Source: Desulfatiglandales bacterium (GTDB taxonomy: Bacteria; Desulfobacterota; DSM-4660; Desulfatiglandales; Desulfatiglandaceae). From it: a stretch of 64,000 bases of DNA. Each line of letters starts with the position of its first letter. The first letter of the stretch is position 1. This document shows positions 17,856 through 28,852 of the stretch, one piece after another. The notes beneath the pieces are model-generated. The model was not told the origin of the DNA and ran no database searches. It saw only the letters and a program-made list of their open reading frames with translations. The stretch covers positions 480,001-544,000 of the forward strand of contig OY759599.1 of assembly GCA_963662465.1 (NCBI GenBank), written 5' to 3'. The position numbers and the translations under genes were made by a program.

Positions 17856-19622
17856 ATGCTGACCAAATTGACGATAAGAAATTTTAAACGATTCGATTCA
17901 GTTGAAGTTGAGTTGGGAAATCCAGTGGTATTTATCGGGCCGAACAATTCCGGCAAAACCACGGCATTGCAGGCCTTGGCGTTGTGGGAAATCGGTCTGA
18001 AACGCTGGAATGAAAAACGAAAGGGAAAACAGTCACCTGACAAACGAAGCGGTGTCACCATCAATCGTCGTGACCTCATTGCGGTTCCGGTGCCTTCCGC
18101 AAATCTGCTTTGGAGGGATCTCCATGTTCGGGATGTAAAAAAAACCAATGGAAAGCAATCCACGGAAAACGTGCGCATCGATATCACGCTTGAAGGGATC
18201 ACCAAAGACAAAGAATGGACCTGCGGTCTTGAATTCGCCCAGTTTTTTGTATTTGGGGCTAACAGGGAGTCTTTTTACTGTAGGCCGCTGAGGCTTTCCG
18301 AAGAAAAAAATCCCGTGCGAATGGAGATTCCTGATGCTGCCGAAGATATTCGCCTGGCTTTTCTGCCGCCCATGTCCGGCCTCGCCGCAAGCGAGACGCG
18401 CCTGGATGCGGGTGCCGTCAATGTTCGAATCGGCGAAGGGCGAACCGCGGAGGTGCTTCGGAATCTGTGTTTGAAAATTTACGAGGACAACCCGGAAAAA
18501 TGGAAAAAACTATGTGCCTTCATTCAAGATTTGTTTGGTTCGGAACTTGAAGCCCCTCAGTATGTGCCTGAAAGGGGCGAAGTGGTCATGGGCTATGTTG
18601 AGCAGGGCGCCCGACTGGATCTTTCTTCCAGCGGGCGGGGATTGCAGCAAACCTTGCTGTTGCTCGCTTATATGTATGCCAATCCCGGCGCGATTTTACT
18701 TCTGGATGAGCCGGATGCTCACCTGGAGATTCTCCGGCAGCGTCAGATTTACCAGCTTTTGAGCCAGGTGGCCCTGGAAAATAAGAACCAGCTCATCATG
18801 GCCAGCCATTCGGAAGTGATCTTAAATGAATCCGCTGAACGGGATACGGTGGTCGCGTTTCTGGGGAATCCCCATGTGATTTCGGACCGTGGCAGCCAGG
18901 TACTCAAATCGTTGCGGGATATCGGCTGGGAGCATTATTACCAGGCTCGGCAGACAGGGTGGGTTTTGTATTTGGAAGGGTCCACGGATTTGGCGATTTT
19001 GCAGACTTTTGCTGAAAGATTGGAATATCCGGAAGCCATTGAAGCCCTGAAGCGACCCTATGTCCACTATGTGGGCAATAACCCAAAGGAAGTGCAACGT
19101 CATTTTCAAGGATTGAAGGAGGCGGTCCCCCATTTGAAAGGTATTGCGGTTTTTGATCGTCTGGATCGAAAGCCGCCCCGGGAGTCGGGTGCGGAGATCC
19201 TCATGTGGCGAAAGCGGGAAATTGAAAATTATCTCTGCTATCCGGAAGTGCTGGAAGCCTATGCCGGTCATCTTGAAAGAGAAGAATCGGCAGGACCGTT
19301 GTTTGAGCGCTCATTGGCGGATAAGAGGATGGAAACCATGAAACAATCCATTGAACATATTTCGGGGGCCATGGAAGTCCTCGGAAAAGGGAACCCCTGG
19401 CATGACGATACAAAGGTCAGTGATGATTTCCTGACACCTCTTTTCAAAGATTATTTCAAACGGCTGGGGCTTTATAATGTGATGGATAAAAAGAGCTTTT
19501 ATGAATTGGCTGGATTTATCACCGGAGAACGGATTGATCCGGAAGTCAGGGAAAGGCTGGAGGCGATTGTTCGGGTGTCGATAGACTCCGGCGCAAGATT
19601 TTGCGCTATGGATGTGGGGTAA
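17856..19622 (+). CDS. ABC-type ATPase + TOPRIM domain (OLD-like ATP-dependent nuclease)
   Basis: GPNNSGKT, SSSGRG, LLLDEPD, ASHS; LEGSTD, FDRLD, REIENY. Confidence 0.8.
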   Translation: MLTKLTIRNFKRFDSVEVELGNPVVFIGPNNSGKTTALQALALWEIGLKRWNEKRKGKQSPDKRSGVTINRRDLIAVPVPSANLLWRDLHVRDVKKTNGKQSTENVRIDITLEGITKDKEWTCGLEFAQFFVFGANRESFYCRPLRLSEEKNPVRMEIPDAAEDIRLAFLPPMSGLAASETRLDAGAVNVRIGEGRTAEVLRNLCLKIYEDNPEKWKKLCAFIQDLFGSELEAPQYVPERGEVVMGYVEQGARLDLSSSGRGLQQTLLLLAYMYANPGAILLLDEPDAHLEILRQRQIYQLLSQVALENKNQLIMASHSEVILNESAERDTVVAFLGNPHVISDRGSQVLKSLRDIGWEHYYQARQTGWVLYLEGSTDLAILQTFAERLEYPEAIEALKRPYVHYVGNNPKEVQRHFQGLKEAVPHLKGIAVFDRLDRKPPRESGAEILMWRKREIENYLCYPEVLEAYAGHLEREESAGPLFERSLADKRMETMKQSIEHISGAMEVLGKGNPWHDDTKVSDDFLTPLFKDYFKRLGLYNVMDKKSFYELAGFITGERIDPEVRERLEAIVRVSIDSGARFCAMDVG

Positions 19623-19657
19623 ATTGGCGTGGGATAACTTATAGTCAAGGTGAAGTT

Positions 19658-20416
19658 ATGAGTACACGTACAAAAATAGAATGGACGGAACGGACCTGGA
19701 ACCCTTCGACCGGTTGTACGAAGGTATCGCCGGGTTGTACGCATTGTTATGCTGAAATTATGGCGCGTCGTTTGAAAGCCATGGGTGTCAAAGGGTATGA
19801 AAATGGATTTTCTCTTGCGTTGCACCCTAACAGGCTCAACGAACCTCTTGCGCGGCGAAAACCGACCATGTACTTCGTGAATTCCATGAGCGATCTTTTT
19901 CACGAAGATATCCCAGACGATTTCATCGGGCAGGTATTTAATGTTATGAAAAAAACGTCGCATCATACCTTTCAAGTGCTTACGAAACGCGCAGAGAGAA
20001 TGGCCCGTTTCTTGGCATTAAGAGAGGTGCCGGATAATGTCTGGATCGGCGTGACGGTTGAAAATAGAGAACATGGTTTGCCAAGGGTTGAATTATTGAG
20101 AACAATCAAGGCCCCCATTCGCTTTCTATCCATTGAGCCCTTGCTTGAGGATCTGGGAGTTCTTACACTCACGGATATCCAATGGGTTATTGTGGGCGGT
20201 GAATCCGGTCCACGGGCAAGACCGATGAAAGCGGAATGGGTTGAAGATATCAAGGGGCAATGTGATATCAACAATACGACCTTTTTTTTCAAGCAATGGG
20301 GCGTTTGGGGGGCAGATGGAAAAAAACGTTCCAAAAAGGCGAACGGGAGACTTTTTTTCGGGCGTACCTGGGACGGCATGCCTGCGTTAAATGGTTTGCT
20401 CCCGACTACTTGTTGA
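19658..20416 (+). CDS. DUF5131 / phage Gp37-Gp68 family protein
   Basis: IEWT..TWNP.TGCTKVSPGC.HCYA, FVNSMSDLFHE, LTKR, S.EPLL, WVIVGGESG, FFFKQWG. Confidence 0.9.
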   Translation: MSTRTKIEWTERTWNPSTGCTKVSPGCTHCYAEIMARRLKAMGVKGYENGFSLALHPNRLNEPLARRKPTMYFVNSMSDLFHEDIPDDFIGQVFNVMKKTSHHTFQVLTKRAERMARFLALREVPDNVWIGVTVENREHGLPRVELLRTIKAPIRFLSIEPLLEDLGVLTLTDIQWVIVGGESGPRARPMKAEWVEDIKGQCDINNTTFFFKQWGVWGADGKKRSKKANGRLFFGRTWDGMPALNGLLPTTC

Positions 20417-20440
20417 TGTTAATCCTCACGTACTGACAAT

Positions 20441-22537
20441 ATGGAAAATATAGAAAAAATCGAATCGGATCTCTGGGAAGCTGCAGATCAGCTTCGTGCA
20501 AATTCAAAACTTACCTCCACCGAGTACTGTATTCCCCTGCTTGGCATTATTTTCCTTCGGCATGCGGCCAATCGGTTTGAAGGCGTCACCCGTCAAATCG
20601 AGGAAGATCAAAAAACCGGCAGTATGGTAAAACGCCCTGCGGTGAAGGAGGACTATCTTAAACGCCGTTCCTTGTATCTTCCAGAAAAAGCACGATATGA
20701 CTACATTCTGGGATTGCCCAAAGACACGGATCTTGGCCAGACGCTTATTGAGGCCATGGATGCAATCGAAGCGGATTTCGAGCCTCTGCAGGGTGTGCTG
20801 CCCAAAGAGTATGGTATCTTTGAGAATATCGTTTTGGAAGACCTTCTGCGCATTTTCAGCAGAGACGCATTAAAGAACGCGGACGGGGATGTTTTCGGAC
20901 GGATCTATGAATACTTTCTGATGAAATTCGCCATGCAGGGCGCACAGGACAACGGCGAATTCTTTACCCCGCCTTCACTGGTAAGGACCATCGTCAATGT
21001 CATTGAACCGGAGCATGGCACTGTTTTTGATCCGGCATGCGGTTCAGCGGGCATGTTTGTCCAATCCAGCTATTTTATCGAACGTCTCGGCCTGGATACT
21101 TCCCATGAGGTGACTTTCTACGGCCAGGAAAAAACCGCAACCACCATCAAACTGGCGAAGATGAATTTGGCGGTTCACGGGCTTGAAGGCAATATCCTTG
21201 AAGCCAATACTTTTTATGACGACCTTCATACCCTTTACGCTAAATGCGACTATGTCATGGCCAATCCCCCTTTTAACGTGGATATGGTGGATGGGGAGAG
21301 GATAAAAGACGACCAGCGACTTCCCTTCGGGTTGCCGGGCGTAAACAAGAACAAAAAAGTCTCAAACGGCAACTATCTCTGGATATCCTATTTTTACAGC
21401 TACCTGAACGAAAGAGGCCGGGCCGGATTTGTCATGTCTTCCCAGGCTTCCAGCGCCGGGCGTGGGGAAATGGAGGTCCGGCGGAAGCTTGTCGAAACCG
21501 GCCATGTGGATGTGCTGATCGCCATCCGGTCCAATTTTTTTTATACCCGGACAGTTCCCTGCGAACTATGGTTTTTTGACAAAAACAAGCCTGAAAATCT
21601 CTCGGACAAGGTCTTGATGATCGATGCCCGCAATATCTACCGCAAGGTGACGCGAAAGATCTATGACTTTACACCCGAGCAATTGAAAAACATCACCGCC
21701 ATCGTTTGGCTGTACCGGGGGGAGACCGAAAAATTTCTAAATCTCATCAAAGAATATTTGGAAAGCGTCCGCACGGAATGCGCCCTTATACCGGCTAAAC
21801 TGGATGCCTTTGAACAATCTTTTAAGCAGCTCAAAGTCCATATCGAGGATTTTGAAAAGGCGTGCGCCAAAAACGAGGGAGTAGATCAGGCGATTCTCCA
21901 AAAATACCGGGGGCGCCTCAAAGAGCTTGAAAACGCTCAGACACTTTACATGAAGGATCAGGGTATTTTGCGCAAGGCCATGACATCCTGGGCTCAGAAA
22001 AGCGGCAAACCCCTGCCTGAGAAAAACATCGGGCAGAAAGAAGCACAAAAAGCCTTTGAGCCGGTGGCGGATAAAGTAAAGGGCCTGATAAAACAGATCG
22101 ATCAGTTGAGCAAGTTTGCCCTGAGTCTCGTTGATTTGGCTGAAAAGGAGTTGGGGGGCAAACAGTCCGAAGAATGGAACACGCGGGACATCGGAAAATT
22201 GAAGAAAGACCTTGACGCTTTGCGAAAGGATGTCGTGGAACAACTGAAGCTTGCGGTCTATTTCCACCGGAGAATCCTTTGGTTGCAAAGCCGGTTTTCG
22301 GATGCGGAATATATCGATGTGGAAGGGCTGGTCAAGTTGGTGGATCGCGCGGAGATAGAAGCCAACGACTGGAGCCTGACCCCGGGTCGGTATGTGGGTG
22401 TTGTGCCCCCCGAGGAAGACGAGAATTTTGATTTTGAGGAAACCATGCGGGAGATTCATGTGGAACTGGCTGGGTTGAATGGGGAGGCTGCTGAGTTGGC
22501 GGAACGAATTCAGCAGAATTTTCAGGGACTGGTATGA
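20441..22537 (+). CDS. hsdM: Type I R-M methyltransferase subunit
   Basis: LWEAADQLR, GEFFTP, DPACGSAGMF, ANPPFN, LTPGRYVG. Confidence 0.93.
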   Translation: MENIEKIESDLWEAADQLRANSKLTSTEYCIPLLGIIFLRHAANRFEGVTRQIEEDQKTGSMVKRPAVKEDYLKRRSLYLPEKARYDYILGLPKDTDLGQTLIEAMDAIEADFEPLQGVLPKEYGIFENIVLEDLLRIFSRDALKNADGDVFGRIYEYFLMKFAMQGAQDNGEFFTPPSLVRTIVNVIEPEHGTVFDPACGSAGMFVQSSYFIERLGLDTSHEVTFYGQEKTATTIKLAKMNLAVHGLEGNILEANTFYDDLHTLYAKCDYVMANPPFNVDMVDGERIKDDQRLPFGLPGVNKNKKVSNGNYLWISYFYSYLNERGRAGFVMSSQASSAGRGEMEVRRKLVETGHVDVLIAIRSNFFYTRTVPCELWFFDKNKPENLSDKVLMIDARNIYRKVTRKIYDFTPEQLKNITAIVWLYRGETEKFLNLIKEYLESVRTECALIPAKLDAFEQSFKQLKVHIEDFEKACAKNEGVDQAILQKYRGRLKELENAQTLYMKDQGILRKAMTSWAQKSGKPLPEKNIGQKEAQKAFEPVADKVKGLIKQIDQLSKFALSLVDLAEKELGGKQSEEWNTRDIGKLKKDLDALRKDVVEQLKLAVYFHRRILWLQSRFSDAEYIDVEGLVKLVDRAEIEANDWSLTPGRYVGVVPPEEDENFDFEETMREIHVELAGLNGEAAELAERIQQNFQGLV

Positions 22538-23743
22538 AACTTTATGAGGAAGGCCCTATAAAGGACTTTGTGTTGGGAATTTTTGATGGGCCTCACTCCA
22601 CACCGAAGGAATCGGATAGTGGTCCAATTTTTTTAGGAATAAAGAATGTGAGGGACGGAAGTCTGGATCTATCGGATATCCGGCATGTTTCAGAACGGGA
22701 TTTCCCAAAGTGGACCAAAAGAGTCACACCACAGCCCGATGATATTGTGTTCTCCTATGAGGCGACGTTACACAGATATGCTATAATTCCAGAAGGTTTT
22801 AAAGGCTGTTTGGGTCGTAGAATCGCGCTGATACGACCCAATCCACAAAAAGTCGAGCATAAGTATTTGCTGTATTACTTTCTTTCCCATAAATGGCGCA
22901 AAGTAGTTGAAGGATCTGTTATAAGTGGTGCCACCGTTGATAGGATCCCTTTGATTCGCTTTCCTGATTTCCCGGTCTCGCTTCCACCACTAAACATTCA
23001 GCAAAAAATCGCCGCCATCCTTTCCAATTACGGCGACCTGATCGAAAACAACCTGCGGCGGATTGAATTTCTGGATCAATCTGCCCGGCTGTTATATGAG
23101 GAGTGGTTTGTTCGGCTTCGGTTTCCGGAGCATGAGCGTGTAAGGGTAAAGGATGGGATTCCTGACGGATGGAAAAGAGCAACTGCTTTTGATGTTATGG
23201 AAGTACATAGTGGCGGAACACCAAGAACAGGCACGCCTGAATACTGGGATGGCAACATCCCCTTTTATACGCCTAAAGATGCTCACAAATATGCATATGT
23301 ACTTGAGACCCAGAAAACCCTAACTGATGCCGGATTATCGAAATGCAATAGTAAATTGTATCCCAAAAACACTGTTTTCATTACAGCGAGAGGTACTGTG
23401 GGGAATGTGAATTTGGCTCAGAGTTCTATGGCTATGAATCAGTCCTGTTATGCGTTAAAAGGAAAAGGTAGGGTTTCGCAGTTTTTCCTGTTTTGTGCGA
23501 TCAGAAATTCAATCGAGCAGTTCCATCAACGGGCAGTCGGTGCGGTATTTGACGCAATCATCGTTGACACTTTCAAATCAATCCCATTCCTCCTGCCAGG
23601 TGATGAAACAATTCGTTCTTTAAGAACAAATGGTCTCCCTGGTATTCCGTCAAATAGAAAACTTGTTGGTCCAAAACCAAAAACTCAAACAAGCCCGCGA
23701 CCTGTTGTTGCCCAAGCTCATGAATGGGGAAATCACAGTGTAA
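22534..23743 (+). pseudogene. hsdS: Type I R-M specificity subunit, frameshifted near 23620
   Basis: LPPL.IQQKIA.IL, LYEEWFVRLRFP, SGGTP; the conserved end (QNQKLKQARDLLLPKLMNGEITV*) is in another frame ending at 23743. Confidence 0.85.
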
Positions 23744-26063
23744 TCAGGAGTTGTACCCATGATCACCGACATCAATAGCGAAGACCGTCTGGTTCAGGCG
23801 ACCTTCGCGGATTATCTGGAACACAAACTCGGGTGGGAAAACGTATATGCCTGGAACAAAGAGGTGTTTGGGCAGGGCGGCACACTGGGAAGGATCAGCG
23901 AGCGAGAAATCGTTCTGACCCGGGACCTCAGCACTGCGATCAAAGGTCTGAATCCCGCATTGCCCGAAAAGGCGGTTGATGTAGCCATTCAGAAGTTCAT
24001 TCGTCGGGATTTTACCCGCACAACCCTCCAGCACAACCAGGAGTTTTTCAAATACATTCGAGAGGGCATTCCGGTCAGTTATCGGGATAAGACGGGTCGG
24101 CTTCGTCAGGTTCAGGCCAGGGTAATTGATTTTCGAAACCCGGGTTCAAATTCCAACACCTTCAAGGCCGTTCGTGAACTGAAGATACAGGGTTTACGTT
24201 CCCCTCATTATAACCGGCGTGCTGATCTGGTCTGTTTTGTAAACGGCATTCCCCTTGTCTTTATCGAACTCAAGGCCGTGTATCTGAACATCAGGGCCGG
24301 GTTTGACAACAACATCACCGACTATTTCGATACCATCCCCCACGCCTTCTACCACAACGCCTTTCTCGTGGTGAGTAACGGCGACCGGGCGCGTTACGGG
24401 ACCATTACCAGCGAATGGGAACATTTCAGCGAATGGAAACGCAATGACGAAAAAGACAAGGGACGTCTTGAAGCGAAAATTCTGCTGAACGGCATGTTGA
24501 AAAAGGAACGGTTGTTGGACCTTCTGGAGAATTTCATTGTTTATGACGATAGTAAGCCGGGCGGCGTCCGAAAGATACTTGGCCGGAATCATCAGGTGTT
24601 GGGGGTCAACCACGCTGTTGATTCAGTGTGGCGTCAGGAGGAATTGAAGCGGCGATTTCCGCCGGAAAAGCGACTGGAATACTATGAATACCATGAGCCG
24701 GAAACACTGCTTGCGGCGGAAGCGGATCACGCGGAATTCAATCTTTCTGAGAAACCGCCGGCAAAAGAGACAAACAAGATTGTCGGCATTCCGATGGTCA
24801 AAAGGGCTCATTCGGAGCTGGGACTGTTGGGGGTTTTCTGGCACACACAGGGTGCGGGAAAATCTTACTCCATGGTGTTTTTTACGGAAAAAGTTCGCCG
24901 TTTGGTTCCCGGTAATTTCACCTTTGTAATCATGACGGATCGGAAAGACCTGGACGACCAGATTTACAGAACATTTGCGGGCTGCGGCGTTGTGGATGAA
25001 AAAACCCCGAGAGCCGGTTCAGGAGAGGAACTGGAAAAATTGTTGAAGGAAGACCACCGCTATATCTTCAGCCTGATCCACAAGTTCAACAAATCGGTTT
25101 CCCACGAAAAACCCTACAGCGAACGGGATGACATTATCGTCATATCCGATGAAGCCCACCGCACCCAGGCGGGGAAACTGGCGCGCAATATGCGCCTGGC
25201 CCTTCCCAATGCCGCGTTTATCGGTTTCACGGGAACCCCTCTTTTCAAGTACGATCATCTGACGCGGCGCATTTTCGGAAATTATGTTTCCAGATATGAC
25301 TTCAAACGCTCCGAGGAAGACGGCGCCACGGTGAAACTGGTATATGAAAACCGGGGAGAAAAACTGGGCCTTACCCGTCTGGATTTGAATGATCGCATTG
25401 CGGAGAAAATAGAGGAAGCGGATCTGGATCAGGACCAGATTTCCCTTTTGGAAAAGTTGCTTGGCAAGGATTATGAGGTGATTACAGCGGATGATCGTCT
25501 CGATAAGATTGCCGATGACTTCGTGGCGCATTGTATAACGCGGTGGGAGTCCGGAAAATCCATGGTGGTGTGCATCGACAAACTCACTTGCGCCCGCATG
25601 TATCAACGGATTTTGCCCCGTTGGACTTCAAAGTGTGAACTTCTGAAAAATGCGCTTGTTCAAAAAGAGGGTGCGCAAGATGCCGCAACGGACGAATTTA
25701 CCCGTGAAAGGCTCAAAAAGGAAACGAATAGACTCCGAAATCAAATTGTATGGGTTGAACAAGCACGCATTGAGATCATCATCAGTGAAGGGCAAAACGA
25801 AGTCAGGGATTTCAAGAAATGGGACTTTGATATTCGGCCCCGCCGTGAGCTGATGAAGGGCGGTTTTGAAACGTCTGACGGCAAGCGGGTGGATGTGGAA
25901 ACGGCCTTTAAAGATCCCGGTCATCCGTTTCGCATTGCCATTGTGTGTGCCATGTGGCTCACGGGGTTTGATGTGGAATGCCTTTCGACCCTTTATCTTG
26001 AAAGCATAGGAATTTCCATTTTTGATTTGGCATATCAAATAGTTGTTGCAGTGATGGCATTAA

Positions 26064-27398
26064 ATGTGTCAAAAAAAGCACATTATGCATATGCCATCAG
26101 ACCAAAAAATTGATAAGGAGACTTTCCGGACGATTTTTATTGATCATTGGGAATCATTCAAAGAGCATCATCCAGGGTATGATAATTCGCAATATGAAGA
26201 TCCGGTTCAGAAAATGCTTGGTTGCGGCAAGGAAAGCGCCGGATATAGCGAGCACCGGTGTGTTTATTGCGGTGGTGATGTTCGCCGGATAGGTTTTAGT
26301 TGCAAGAGCTGTTTTTGTTTATCCTGCGCCAAGAAATATGTTGACGATTTTGTCAGTCAAGTGAGTAGGGTGCTTCATGGGGGCATGAATTACCGTCACA
26401 TTGTTTTGACAATTCCCGAGCAACTGAGAATCGTTTTTTATAAGGCTCGAAATGATGGACGTTTGTTATCGGCTTTTATGAGATGCGGGTACGAATGTTT
26501 GGAGGATGTTGTCGGAACGGTTCTTCGGCGGAAACTGAAAATAGGAACGATCGTCGTTGTTCAAACGCATGGTCGATCCGGTCATTATAATCCGCATTTG
26601 CATATCATCATGACAAGCGGTGGGATAAATGAAGATCTGTGCGGTTGGTTTGATTTAAGGTTCTTCAAGTATGAGATTATACATAAGAAATGGCAGTATC
26701 ATCTATTCAGAATGCTCAAGTCCCATTTTAACAGCAGTGCGGTCGATAAACTTATTGATGAGCTGTGGAAAAAATACCCTAAAGGTTTGGTAGCCAATGT
26801 GAGCAAGGGTAATGTTCCTGAGACATGTGGGGGTCTGGCGCGATATTTGGCGAAATATGTTGCATCTCCTCCGATAGCTCTGAGACGGATAATCAGTTAT
26901 GATGGCCAATATGTTACCTATTGGTACAATGATCACATGACAAAATCCAGGAAGGTTGAAACCGTGGAAGTGGATGTTTTTATCGGTCGAATGGTTCAAC
27001 ACATAATGCCCAAAGGGTTCCAGCGGGTTCGTTATTATGGGCTACAGGCTACGAAAACTTTTAAGAAATGGTCGGAAGTAATACGGAAAGGGATGAAGGC
27101 TTTGGGGCGTGGGATTAAAGGAACGTATCAAGTCGTAAAAGCGAAAAGATATCGAGAACGTTATAAGGAGATCAGCTCTCAAGATCCTTTTTTGTGTCGT
27201 TATTGTGGCCATGAAATGGTGCTATGGAAGATATGGCATCCAAAATATGGAGTTTTATATGACGAATATGAAAACATCAAAAACGACAGGTACGGCACGG
27301 TTACAGGACAAAATGACAGCGGGGGTGGAAGGCGAGGACTTCCCGTTCGGCCCTCCTCCGGAGGAATATCCTTACCGTTGTTCCCATTGCCGGCATGA
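26064..27398 (+). CDS. IS91-family Y2 HUH transposase
   Basis: Zn-binding C..C / CKSCFCLSC, HIVLTIP, NPHLH (HUH), YLAKY, GFQRVRYYG. Confidence 0.92.
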   Translation: MCQKKHIMHMPSDQKIDKETFRTIFIDHWESFKEHHPGYDNSQYEDPVQKMLGCGKESAGYSEHRCVYCGGDVRRIGFSCKSCFCLSCAKKYVDDFVSQVSRVLHGGMNYRHIVLTIPEQLRIVFYKARNDGRLLSAFMRCGYECLEDVVGTVLRRKLKIGTIVVVQTHGRSGHYNPHLHIIMTSGGINEDLCGWFDLRFFKYEIIHKKWQYHLFRMLKSHFNSSAVDKLIDELWKKYPKGLVANVSKGNVPETCGGLARYLAKYVASPPIALRRIISYDGQYVTYWYNDHMTKSRKVETVEVDVFIGRMVQHIMPKGFQRVRYYGLQATKTFKKWSEVIRKGMKALGRGIKGTYQVVKAKRYRERYKEISSQDPFLCRYCGHEMVLWKIWHPKYGVLYDEYENIKNDRYGTVTGQNDSGGGRRGLPVRPSSGGISLPLFPLPA

Positions 27399-27549
27399 AA
27401 TGAAGGTAAATGAAGCGATAATAGACGTCGAGATTGCAAAAGCAGAATATGAAGGAAGGAATGTGGAAGGCTTTATGCCCATTCTCGGTTGCCCTCAGTG
27501 CAATCGAGAAACAATGAAATATGCGCAAGGTAGAAAGCCCGCGCGTTAG
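27313..27549 (+). CDS. Small zinc-ribbon-like ORF inside the IS, overlapping the transposase end
   Basis: YPYRCSHC ... GCPQC; stop falls in the terminal palindrome. Confidence 0.55.
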   Translation: MTAGVEGEDFPFGPPPEEYPYRCSHCRHEMKVNEAIIDVEIAKAEYEGRNVEGFMPILGCPQCNRETMKYAQGRKPAR

Positions 27550-28852
27550 CGCGCTAAGTTCATAAACCTATGAGGGCCCACACCCTGATGCAGGCGATCG
27601 CCCGCGCCAACCGGGTTTTTCCCGGAAAAATCCGCGGCGTGATCGTGGACTATAACGGCATGCTGAAAAGTCTTCGGGAGGCCATGGCCCAATATGCCCT
27701 GGGGGATGGTGATGATGGCAGCGGTGGAGAGGAGATTGTGGCGCCCATTGAAGAACTTTTGAAAGGGCTCCTTGATGCCATTGAAGCGGCGGAACAACAT
27801 CTTGAAAAGCTTGGATTCGACCCATTAAGATTGGTTGGTTCAAAAGGGTTTGAGAGGATTGAAGCACTTCGGGATGCCGTGGAAGTCCTCTACACCTCCG
27901 ACGAGGCCAAACGTCGCTTTGAAATCATGGCAAGACAAATCTTCAGCCGGTTCAAGGCGTTGCTCATGGAGCCTTCCGTATTTCAATATGCGGAACGTCA
28001 CGACCATATTGAGACCATCTACAAAAAGTTGGGAGAACGAAGGGATACATCGGATGTGACCGATATCTTCAAGGAGATTCATAGAATCGTCAATCAGGCG
28101 ATTCGAGCAAACGAGACAGGCGTTGATCAAGCGGAAGGACTTACCGTTGATCTCAGCCTGATTGATTTCGAAAAACTGCGAGATGAGTTCGCAAAAAAAG
28201 TAAGGCGCAAGAAAACTGCGTTGGAGGATATCCGTACAATCGTTGAGAAAAAATTGGAGCAGATGCTTTTGAATAATCCATTGCGGATGGATTATTACAA
28301 GAAATATCAGGAGATTATTTGCGATTATAACAGAGAAAAGGATCGCGCAACCGTTGAAGAGACTTTTGCAAAGGTTATGGATCTTGCATCGGCCATGGAT
28401 GCCGAGCAACGGCGGGCTGCCGAGGAAGGACTCAACGAAGACGAACTGGCTTTATTTGATCTGCTCAGGAAGGAAAACATCAGCAAAGCGGATCGAGAGC
28501 GGCTGAAACAGGCGAGCAAGGGGTTGTTGGAGTCGTTGACGGCCCTTTTGGAACCGATAGAAAGTTGGACTGAAAAGGAGCAAACTCGGGCTGAGGTAAA
28601 GGTCCTCATCCTGGATAACCTTTTTGGGGCACTTCCTGATCCTCCTTATGGCGAAGAGGAAACCGAGAAGATTGTAAACCGGATTTATGAGTACGTCTGG
28701 CAGCGGAGTTCGATTGGAAATCCATTGGGTGCATCAGCAGCGGCGTGATGTGAGGATTGTAGTCAAGCATTTAAGATGCATGACCCCGCAATAAGATCCC
28801 TTGAGCAAAATTCGATATCGTGACAACGGCGTACTGAAAAGAAAGGAGCATC

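Larger units (their letters stand above)
26001..27561 (+). mobile_element. IS91-family rolling-circle insertion sequence, 1561 bp, no target duplication
   Basis: Inserted 3' of CTTG (25997-26000); begins AAAGCATAGGAATTT and ends with palindrome TTAGCGCGCTAA then GTTC; flanks rejoin hsdR exactly. Confidence 0.9.
23759..28748 (+). pseudogene. hsdR: Type I R-M restriction subunit interrupted by an IS91-family element
   Basis: ADLVCFVNGIPLVFIELK, WHTQGAGKS, DEAH, GFTGTP; removing 26001-27561 restores STLYLDKPMRAHTLMQAIARANR. Confidence 0.92.
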
